NCBI GenBank assembly: GCA_965112735.1 | Contig: OZ218956.1 | Span: 2,666,001-2,730,000 of the forward strand | DNA from: Phaeosaccion multiseriatum | Lineage: Eukaryota > Protista > Ochrophyta, other classes | Length of the DNA stretch: 64,000 nt | Direction of reading: 5' to 3' | Shown here: positions 26,569 to 45,500 of the stretch, in pieces | Position numbering within the stretch: position 1 is the first letter of the stretch | How the letters are laid out: the number at the start of each line of letters is the position of its first letter | Notes under the pieces: generated by a model | The model's database searches: none | The model's input: only the letters and a program-made list of their open reading frames with translations | What the model was told of the DNA's origin: nothing | Program-made: the position numbers and the translations under genes

Positions 26569-27204
26569 TCTGAGCAGTACCTGGTGACGATTCCAGAGCT
26601 CACCATGACCACAGGACTCTATACATACTGCATAGCTTTCATCCTGAGAGGATACCTGCTCTACGGGCTGCTGGTCATGGCCAGCGAGATTGCTGTGTTC
26701 CTGCTTGGCGTGCTTGTCCTCATCGGAGGGTGGAGTGTGATGGTGCTGAAGCTCAACGTCGACGGTGGGCTTTGGGAGCGTGCGGCAGCGGGGGTTGAAT
26801 TATCACCATCATCATCCTCGGCCTCATCATCACAGTCCGATCATTCCTCTTCCTCCCCTGCCGCCTCTGACACCTTGCCGAGAGAGGGCTTCGATGGCAG
26901 CAGTGGCAGCGAGGAGTATGCTTACTTGGCGGAGTATCGGCGCCAGCAGGAAGAGGACAGGAGGAAGAAGAAGCTCGTGACGAGACGTGGCACTGCGAGT
27001 AGTATGCCGAGCGGGAGGCTCGATGGTGCTCAGCAGCGAGAAGAAGCAAGGGGCAGTGGGCATTCTGCCTACTTGGCGGAGTATCGACGGCAGCAGGAGG
27101 AGGCGGAGGAAAGCAGGAGGAAGATGCTGGCGACGACACCACCACTCTCACCACCTGAAGAAACCTCACAAGACCATAGTGAGGGCAATGAGAGCGCTGT
27201 CTGA
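25257..27204 (+). CDS. Uncharacterised 4-TM membrane protein. Confident exons are 25257-25609 and 26578-27204; upstream exon(s) near 24.7-25.0 kb are unresolved
   Basis: Hydrophobic segments (TVGVVSALMMSF, LLSVSCVLFLTSVLAAVLL, GLYTYCIAFILRGYLLYG, IAVFLLGVLVLIGGW) joined in frame by a GTGAG...CAG intron. Confidence 0.65.
25583..26570 (+). repeat. Tandem duplication of a ~250-bp unit (exon end, donor, (CA)n and unique core) with further partial copies
   Basis: ACCGGAGAATTTGTTAGACAATTCAAGGTGAGCGGA occurs at 25583 and 25833. The core CTATCCATACGCCTCGGTTCGGTGCG occurs three times. Confidence 0.9.
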
Positions 27205-27650
27205 GCTTACTCTGAGCGTACATTACAATACAGTAAGTTGCGACACAGCGTAGCAAGCGAACCTGACATGTGTTAGATATACTTTTGCTTCTCTTACTGT
27301 TCCCACTTGGTAAGTAAGAAGTAAGAAAATTAGAACCACTCCTTTCAAGCAAGCAAGGTGGGTGGATTGGGGCAGCAGCGCGTCAAGTGGTACCGACGAC
27401 CGATGCTCTCTCTCGCTCGCTCTCCCTCTCCGTCTCCGTCTCTCTCTCTACCTCTTCTTTCTCTCGCTCTCCCTCTCTCTTACTCTCTCTCTATCTCTCT
27501 TCTCCCTCTATTATTTTCTTTTCTCTCTCTCCCTCTCCCTCCCGCTGCTGCTGCCCCGCATAACTCCTTAAGCCTGACCTGTGACTGACGAGGCAGAGCT
27601 TGCTTCTCCGTCTGCGAGAAGATCGACTTGGTGGATGACACCGGCATCGC

Positions 27651-29209
27651 CTATTTGGACTTCAAATCGAACAGGTCGTCAAGCCATCCGAGTATCGGGG
27701 CAAACACCTCTCGTTTCGCTTCCGTCCCAATGAGCAAGTCGAAATGGCCATAGTCTCTCTGCAGCCCTCCGATCCTGCCCGCCCTTACGAACTTGTTCTT
27801 GGCTAGAGTCGGATCTAGGGCCTGTCGTCGTGCGACCAAGCGACAGGCAGAGAGGCAGGTAGGCAGGCAGGAAAGAGAGAGAGAGACGGGAGGGGGGGAC
27901 GCGCTTCAGCCTTCCAGCATGCTTTCTCCTCACCAGCCACGCACCCACGCGTACTCAAGTAGGGAACACTCAATGATAGGCAAGCGTACGCGCTCTTTGG
28001 GCGGGCAGGGGCGCGCTTACCTCCCAGGTGAGCAGGACGTCGCCTATCGGGCACTGCTGGTCTGCCCCGCCCGCCACGAGAAGGGTTGGCGTCTGCAACT
28101 GCTCGAGCTGAGTCATGACGTTGATGACACTTGGTGCCTCGGGACTGCTTCTGCCACTGCCAGCGTCGGCGTGGTCATCCGGGTCGCCTATGTACGCCAA
28201 TCCATCCGGTTTGAAAAGGCTTCGAAGCTGGAGAAGCAGCTGGGGCGGAAAGAGGGAGGCCGAGCGCGAAGCGGCGGGGGGCGGCGACACGAAGAAGAAG
28301 AGGAAGAAGCACAAGACAGGAGGCAAATAGGCAACGCACGTCAGCCATACGAGACAGGCAGGCAGGCAGGCTGGCGGACAGTCAGGATTGCACACCCGAT
28401 GTCCCCACACAATGCGTCATTTCGCATCACATCACGCCTTCGGTACGTACTGGGAGGGGCACAGGCTCGAAGCCGGTCTGAAGCAGCCCACGGAGGTCAG
28501 CGCGTGACACGTTGTGCGGATTGAGCACGAAGTGAGGAGTGACGGGGAAGGCAGAGTAGCTCCTGCAGATCCTGTCGAGCCGGAGAATGTCGGTGGTTCG
28601 CCTCACCAGAGGGAGAAGGGGCACCACGAACTTCCACGCGCTGGCCTGAAATTTGGCGGAGCTACCTAGCCCCACAACGCCGGACAGCAGGGAAGACACT
28701 GAGCGATGAGGGCTGGCGGCGAGGCTCAAGCCTATCACGCCCCCCATGCTGTGTCCTATCCACACCAGAGATGATGACCCTGTCGCGGCGAGTACGTATC
28801 GCATGGCGATGGGTGCATCCACGTTGATGACCGTATCCAAGTTCCAGTGGCACGACTCCTTGTCTAGACTCGCTGGTCGCGGACTGTTGCCGTGAGCCCG
28901 CAGGTCCATCATCCATACGTCCCAACCAGCCGCATTTAAGGTGTTCACGAGCGAGTCCTTGGAACTGTGTCCGGGTCTGCTAAACACCGTGTGATTGCTC
29001 CCTAGTCCGTGACACAGGAGCAAGGGGTTTGGCCGAGCCAGCAGGCAGGATGGCTTGTGTCGGGCAAGCGCGATTTGAGCAACCACTGTACTTCCCTCAT
29101 CCGCGGCCGTCGCCGCCCTTCCTCCTCCATCAACTCGAATGTCCACGACGTGCACAACTCCTCCGTCTCCTTCGTCTTCTTCTTCCTCCCACTCCCCCCC
29201 ACCATCCAT
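27651..29209 (-). CDS. Alpha/beta-hydrolase (lipase/esterase-like), 3 exons
   Basis: LLLCHGLGSN, WDVWMMDLRAHG, nucleophile elbow WIGHSMGG, PTLLVAGGADQQCP (Asp) and DYGHFDLLIG (His). Confidence 0.9.
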
Positions 29210-30066
29210 GATAGCGATTTTGCTGCAGCAAAGGACAGAGGGTGGAGCATTGCGGCATGTTGCTCGCGGGAAAGGACAAGAGGAGTAGAGGGGGAAAAAA
29301 AGGAAAAAGTTGCCGCCAAAAACTGAAACTCAAACTTGACATGTGTGGGGGGTGCGTGGGTGCGTGCGTGGATGCCTCCTCCCCTCTCTCCGTTGAGAGT
29401 CTCTCTAAGGCCAACAAGGAATGCTCTGCGGCCGAAAGCCGAGAAGGTAGGGGCTGGGCTGCGACCAGCAGAAGCCAGTCACCAGCGGGAAAGACAGCCG
29501 AGAAGCCAGCGCTGGCCTGCGGCCAGAAGCCCGAAGCCAGGAGGGGGCTACGGCCCAGAAGCCAGGAGCCAGAGAAACCTCGCGGGAGGGTGATGCCCCT
29601 CTCCGTAATAAAACAGTCCGAAAAATATATATATGAAATAGCCACATACATATACTATCCTAAGCCATCAACGCGGAGAAAATACAAGTAGGCGTTGGTG
29701 TGTGCGTGCCTATGCTCACGCACACAACAGATACATGCAAGCGAAACCAAACGCACTCCGGAATGAATACATCTTTTAAAAAAAAAACCCGTGAAAAACT
29801 CACTCGCATCACCTGCGCCATGCCTCCAAACCCCCCCTGTCGGCATCATGTCCTGTAGGGCTCTTGAGCTTGGCGGGCGAGTGTGGTTGTTGGTGAAGCC
29901 CGGGCTCCACGGTTCGGTCCGTCGTTGTTGTCATGCCCTATGGACGGTCCATTGTTTGTACTTGAGCCCCCCCCCCCCCAAACGAGGCTCCCTTGTATGT
30001 ACTTGCAGAGGGGGGCAAGGGGAAGGACACCCTCTTTCGCCCCATCTTGCACGTGAAGAGAGAGGC

Positions 30067-30333
30067 TCACGCAAGGTACCAAGCATCTTTTCCTTTCGAA
30101 ACATACCCTGCCTCCTCCCTGTCCCCCCTCTCTCGCAGCCGCATCTGCCTCTGCGCATGGTGCTGCCGCTTCTCCGCCTTGCGCTGTCGCCACTGCTCCT
30201 GCGCCTGCAGAAGCCGTTCGGGGATGGCATTGATGGGGCCTTGAGGACCGACGCCCACAATGCGCCCAAAGTAGGCTTCCAACGACAGGCGACACTCGCC
30301 GGAGCAAAAGTTGGGCCCCTTGCTGATGCTGTC

Positions 30334-30366
<33 letters not shown>

Positions 30367-31107
30367 ACTACTACTGCTGCTGCTGCTACTACTCGCGGAG
30401 GCGGAAGTTGTGGAGTCCGTGCTGCTGCTCCGGCTTGAATTCCGGCTGCTGCTGGGAGAGGGACTTGACGGGCAAGCTGAGCCAATGCCGCTGCGAGACC
30501 GAGTGCTGTGGCTATTCGCCCCGTCGCTGCTGTCGTCCTCACGCGTAGGCTGCTGTTGCTGCTGCGGCCCCGAGCCCCTCCCGATGAGGTTCCTACCATT
30601 CTCCTTTGTGTAGGATCCCATGCAATAGCAGCAAGTCTTGTTGTATATCCCCTCGCTGTCCTCCTCCCGCCGTCCTCCTCCTCCTCCTTCTCCGCGGTAA
30701 CAGTCGACGTCCATGGGGACGAACTGCTCGCCCGACCTCCAGCACGCGTACCGGTCCCGTATGCCTGCTGCGTTGGCGCTCCTGTCCCCCCCATTCAGAG
30801 GCCTCTTTGCCGTCGCTCCCAAGCTGCGCCTCTCTCGCAGACGGCTGTAGAAACTGCCGTAGAAATTGCCTTCACCCGCGTCGTCGCTGCCGTCTTTGGG
30901 TTGGTGCGGAGGACACACGGTCATTTGGTTCTTGAGTGAAGGCCCCATTGCTTCTGCTCCTGCGTCAGACTTGTCCTGCCTCCTCCTGCCGTGTGGTGTG
31001 GACCAGCTGCACCCTGAGCGTGTTTCCCTGGAGAACTTGAGACCAACCCGCAACTGTAACGTGTTGACGACGCCACCACCTAGGTGGGGGGGGGGAGACG
31101 TCGCCAA
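30067..31107 (-). other. Orphan ORF or gene remnant with an FCS-type zinc-finger-like motif
   Basis: 346-codon open frame without a clear ATG. It contains CCYC...FCSGEC split by a Ser-rich insert, plus a C-terminal coiled coil. Confidence 0.3.
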
Positions 31108-31970
31108 AAAGTTTTCCTCCTACTCGATATCCCTACTCCTCCGACGGGATGCCACTGGTGCAGCACCAGCTTGGATATTTCAGTTCGCGGTTCTCCCTCT
31201 ACTGGCGCCCTTCCAGCACGCCTTCCAGGACTCTAATCTCCCTCTCTCCCGTCCACGGCTGTGCCCTGCCCCCGCTGCGCCCTGCTTGAAGGGAGGGGAC
31301 TTGACTAAAGACGACGTGACGAGCCGTCGCCGGTGAGCAACCCACGCCCAAGCAACCACGCGATGTGGTGCGCGGCCGATTGACCCTGCACAACCCCCCC
31401 TCTCTCTCGCCGCGAGTGCCCCCCTCTTGACCCTTTCGCAAGTCCGCCTCTTTAGAGCAGGTTACATCTTTGTCGGTGACTTTGGCCTGAAGATCTCACG
31501 CGAACCTTCTGACCGGGTACACTGTCTCACCAGCAGGACCCCCAACTTCTCAGCGTCAGTGCCCTTGTTGCCCTGAGTACAGTGTGGAGCGTGGAATCAA
31601 AATATGCTAGCCTCCTTTACAACGTATGCTCTCTGGTTTGCTGCTGCCTGCTGTCTGGGGAGTTCGTCAAGCTTTGTCGGGCGTTCGGTTGTCCTTGATG
31701 ACCTCAGAAAATCGGCAGAAAATCCGAGATTTAAAAAAGAGGCATTCTCACAACGGTATCAACGCATCACACGATAGATACACGTCCCACAACAGCCGCA
31801 CACGGTACGTCTACAGTTGTAAGGTACGTGACGACCCCTGACGCACTATCCGCTATCCGCTATCGCCGGCGCCAGCCGATCCGCTATGCGTGTGTGATGG
31901 TTTGAGTGAGTGTGTGGGGGTCGATGGGGGGGTATCGAGCCCTGACCCCTGCCTGACACGCTATCGCCCA

Positions 31971-32758
31971 TCGGCTCCAGACTGGCCTAGAAGCCTATGC
32001 TCTAGGCCGGCCATTTTTTCTCCCTAGGCCGGCGGTTCTAGGCCTCGACCTATCTGATTACTGATTACGGCCGGCGCACACCGTAATCTTGTCCAGGGTC
32101 GATCTCCATCTCAGGGAGGGAGGGAGGGAGGGAGGGAGGGAGGGAGGGAGGGAGGGAGGGAGGGAGGGAGGGAGGGAGGGAGGGAGGGAGGGAGGGAGGG
32201 AGGGAGGGAGGGAGGGAGGGAGGGAGGGAGGGAGGGAGGGAGGGAGGGAGGGAGGGAGGGAGGGAGGGAGGGAGGGAGGGAGGGAGGGAGGGAGGGAGGG
32301 AGGGAGGGAGGGAGGGAGGGAGGGAGGGAGGGAGGGAGGGAGGAAGGGAGGGAGGGAGGGAGGGAGGAAGGGAGGGAGGGAGGGAGGAAGGGAGGGAGGG
32401 AGGGAGTCGACCCTGGACAAGATTGTCTGATTACTGATTACGGCCGGCACAGCACCGTAATCTTGTCCAGGGTCGATGTCCATCTCAGGGAGGGAGGGAG
32501 GGAGGGAGGGAGGGAGACAGGGAGGGAGGGAGGGAGGGAGGTAGGGAGGGAGGGAGGGAGTCGACCCTGGACAAGATTATCTGATTACTGATTACGGCCG
32601 GCGCAGCACCGTAATCTTGTCCCGGGTCGATAGGCCTAGCTAGGCTAGCTAGGCCGGGGGGGCTGCGCCAAAAATAGGCCTAGGCCGGGGGCCTGCGGCC
32701 CCCCTAGGCCGGCCGAAGTTCGTCTCTAGGCCAGGCTTCTAGGCCAGTCTGGGGCCGA
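31971..32758. mobile_element. Non-autonomous TIR DNA transposon (788 bp) with a 6-bp TSD
   Basis: 26-bp TIRs at 31971-31996 and 32733-32758 with 1 mismatch. CGCCCA is repeated at 31965-31970 and 32759-32764. There is no coding capacity. Confidence 0.88.
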
Positions 32759-33629
32759 CGCCCACATTCTCGATAGCACGCTATCGGCCGCCGGCCGATA
32801 GCAGATAGTACGGGTCGACCCTGACCTGACGTGCTACCTGGCTGGCTGCTACCTGCTACCGCGGGCGTCAGCCGGCGTGCTACCTGCTAGCCACCGCCAC
32901 ATCAGCTGGCCGGCCGCGCCTCCGCGCCTGCGGCGTGAGTCGACTTGTTCGGCCAACCCCTGAGCGAGTCGACACGCACGCTACACGCTGAGCATGGAGC
33001 ATGGTGGTATCGCTGGCGTTCGATGGCGTCGGCTAGCTATCCGGACAGGGTCAGTTCAGTTCGTTACTAGACCTTCTTCGACCTTCGAGGAGGAACGAGG
33101 GATTAATTCCTAACTAGTGACTCACAAACTCACGCACCGAGCGACTCCCTCATGCACTACCCACTTGCTTCTCACACAAACACGCCCCCACGCCCTTGCA
33201 CACCCACGCACTCACTCATTCACCCACCCTCGCGCCCACACACCCAGCCACGCACCCATACACTCACGCACTCATACACTCACCCACCCACGCGCCCACA
33301 CACTCGAGTTCGAGTGCCGATTGGTGCCGACAGCGCGCCGCTGGTATCGACTGGTACCGGCCCTTTGCCCATATGCCTGTCATTGCCCCTCAACGGGACC
33401 GACTACAGGTTGAGGGTTTAGTGAAAGGGGGTGCCGCCTGACGCTGGCAATAGCTGGTACCAGCAACACAATCGTACGTACATGTTCAAAGTTCAAATGG
33501 CGTTTCATGTCCTAGCTGAAATTCACAATTCCCCCCATCTTTCTTACTTCTCTGGCTCTCTCACGAATTTTGGCCTTGACTTTGCACGCCAAGCAGCAGC
33601 AGCTGCTGCACTCGCACTCTTGGAGGGGA

Positions 33630-42184
<8,555 letters not shown>

Positions 42185-42498
42185 CCTTGCTGCTTCTCTT
42201 GGTGTAAACGAGATGTGAGGCATCTTCCGTTGGAGATGGATGGGTGGGTTGGCAGACCTTGGCTTGCCGGGGTCCCACCGAGTCTCATTTCGAGCCCCAC
42301 CCCACTGGCGGCTGGCCGTGTGGTCGAGCCTCCCCCGCAAGCGTCCAACGAAGGAGCGCGGCTGCGTAGCTACTGAGCCTCAGCAGGGCCCGGTAGCACG
42401 TGAGGGGTCGAGCCTCAGCCACAGTCTGTGACGGCCGCAACGCCCTTTCGGGTAACGGCATCAATGGGCAGTCTGAAAAGCAAGAGGCGAGGACCACG

Positions 42499-42536
<38 letters not shown>

Positions 42537-45500
42537 GAGAGAGGGAGGCTAGGGCCCAAACCACAGGAAGACGGAGACGCGCTCTGGGAGGACTCTGGCT
42601 GGAAGGCATTCATCACAAAATGATTTTGTGACTTGCTTGCTAAGGGCTTTGGGACAGACAGCAGCACATCGGCAGGCACAGGAGAGTAGCACCTGTGCCG
42701 GTGTCATGTGCCGCATCGGCCACCTCAAGCGTTTAAAAGCGGCGCTCAGAGCAAGGGAGAAGGCAGGGCTCTGCATGGCATGGCGAGAGAGGTCTTGGCA
42801 ATACACAGTGCCCGCCCTCCTCCATAGCCCAAGTAGCTATCCAGAGCAGCCTCAAGTCAATGCCACCAGGAGAGAGGGAAGAAGAGGTTGACACTCTCTG
42901 TCGAACCCAGTATTGTAATAGACATGGTTTGTGATTTGCGTTTGTGTCTATGTACTGCACCGCCTCTCGCCCTGCCGCGGCTGCCCATGGGCAGGAGCAG
43001 CAGCCCAACCGCCGCCGTGCACTGAAGAAGAGGAGGGCGCTTCGTGTGGGGGATGAGGCAGGTCCTGCTGCGCATGCGAATCCGTAGAGCACATTCGAGT
43101 TTTAGGGAGAGACGTAGCTAGGGCTCAAGGAAGGTGTACTCCGATCCAGTGAAGGTCTCACCCTAGAAGAATGGGTAAGGAGTCGGAGGTTCCATCTTCC
43201 GGGCTTGAACAACAAGCAAGCTGTCTGATGAGCAAGCAGCCCCAGGCCCACCAGCAGTCGGGTTGTGTCAAGGGATAAGTCATGTTGCGGTGCTTTGTAC
43301 TGGTCCTCCTGTCGTTGTATTGATTGTGGGAAAGTGGGAGGAGGAGGTCTGCCACTTTTACCATCATCACGCCATCATCAGGCCAAAGCTACTTACTAGT
43401 CGAAGGAGGAGACGGGGGCAGGAAAATGAATGCGGAAAGGAAGCGCCATGCACACAGAGACCCACTCTCTCACCAACTGCAAGCACTCGCTGCTGCTGAT
43501 TGGGGTCAAGGAAGCTTTGAAGATTGCACGCGGAATCTGGCGGGGAAAATGGTGCAGTGCCCTCCCTTTAGTACCCCTCCCCACCTTATACTCTCTGTCA
43601 TCCTATCTCCCTATGCGTTGGGGTAGGGCACTCACTCTATACTGGCTGGTGCCCCTCCACCCTTCCGACGCATCAACCTCGCAAGCTGCGGCTGGCTGAG
43701 AGTGTTGAGCGACAACGGCCTGCGTGCCTCTCCCCTCTTTGTCGCCTTGCTTGGCGAATGTTCGATCCGATCGGCGCGACTTTGACATCATGCTGGGCAG
43801 CGTGTGGGTGTGTGGGCGTGTGTGCTGCGTGTGTGCGTCTGTGCGTCGCAATAGTTGCTGGAGAAGGCGATTTTTGCTTGTTTTTGGCGTTGCCACTCCG
43901 CCTCTAGGCAGCCTCCCCGTGACCGCGGGCGCGTGCGTCGCCCCCCCGCGAGGTTTCTCTGGCCCCCGATAAGCAGAAGCTAGGCACTGGGCTGCGACCA
44001 GCAGAAGCCAGCCAGTCACCAGCGGGAAGGGGAGAAAAGTGATGCCAAAGTATAGAAGGGTGTTAGAAGTGGTCGGTGGGCCAGGGGGAGAGTACGGTGT
44101 GGGATGTGCTTGGGACGCCCTTGTTCCCTCTTGGTGCGCCTGCCGGGGCTCGGGTGGTGGACCAGCAGCAGGAGGGGGAGGGGGGCCAGCAGCAGGAGGA
44201 CACTTGGGTTCTCCAGGAGCCTCCTTGCTCTCCAGCAGATCGCGGGCTTTGAGCTGCTGCCGCAGCGGGAACTGCGGGAGATGGCGGTGGAGAAGGCGGC
44301 CCTGCAGCGGGAACTGGAGGTGGTGCAGCCGGAGCTGGAGGTGCGGCTCCAGCGGGGGGCGGAGCAGCAGCGGGAGTTGGCGGCGGAGCTGCAGCGGCAG
44401 ATGGCGGCGCCGCAGCAGCTGCATCGGCAGGCTGAGGGTGCTGCTAAGTTGGAGGTGGAGGCGTTGCAGCGGGAGCTCCAGCAGGTTAAGGATGAAGGCG
44501 ATGCTACAGCGGGAACTGGAACTGGAACGGGAGCGGGCGTTGGTACGGCAGCAGGCACAGGAGGGGCTGCAGGCGCCCACCCGTCACACGGTGCAGACGA
44601 CCACGCCGCTCGCGGGTGCTATCCGTGTGCTCTAGGAGCGGAAACTGCCTTTCTTCTTCACTGTAGCTGGACAGCCTCGTTCTCGTGCTGTGGTGCTCGC
44701 AACCAAGTACGAATGGGTGAGGATTTCCTGCAAGGACAGGAGCTCGTGACCTCTACTGGGTCCGTGCTTCCGGGCCAGGGGCGGGTGATGGAGCAGCGAG
44801 TGCTGGCCGATTTGGGTCCAGTGCATCGGGCCGCGGTCCTGGAGGAGGCTCAGAAGGGTGCGTCGTGGATGGAGGGCGACCAGGACGTCACATTGGCGTG
44901 GGAGACGGAGTGTGCACAGTTCCAATTGCTCGCGAGGAGTGTCTGTTGCGTCTCTTCGGCGTTCCTGTTGAGCGAGACGGCCTCCAGCAGCTCGTCCAGA
45001 CGTTGGTGCGGGAGGCTAACCCCCTGGAAGCGTCCACCATTCCGGCAGAGGTGAACCAGGCGCTCGCCAGGCTGCTCACCAAGCTGGAGGAACTCTCTCT
45101 GTGTCTGGCGCAGGTGACGGGGCAGGCCACGGATGAGCAAGCCTTGGCTACGGGCCTGCTGGCGGTGCTGCGTCCAGAGGTCGAGGATCGGCTTCGTCAC
45201 GGCTCGTTGTCATTAACGGACGGCATGATCAAGTTCTGGCTGCGCTGGGAGTCGGAGACTCCCTCGTGGAGTGACTTCTGCGCCACCTACAAGAAGACAT
45301 TTCCGGCCGCGACCCGTGTACTCCAGGCTGGTAGCTCCCTCACTCTCGCTACTGCTGGTGGGACTCCGCGGGACCGTGGTGGTGGTGGTGGTGGTGGTGG
45401 TCTGCGTACTCCGCGAGAGGGAGTGGCCGTGAATGCGGTGGAGCAGCATCTGGAACATCAGCAGTCGCAGGAGTTGGCGGTGAACGCGGTGGAGCAGCAG

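Noticed and set aside
32045-32630. Palindromic repeats with spacers, resembling a CRISPR array
   Set aside because: The spacers are variable-length (GGGA)n rather than unique sequence, the repeats are ~70 bp, the context is eukaryotic and there are no cas genes.
44050-44120. Intact 5' LTR and TSD for copy A
   Set aside because: Only 12 bp match the 3' LTR, and the flanks (AAGGG versus ACTAG) differ.
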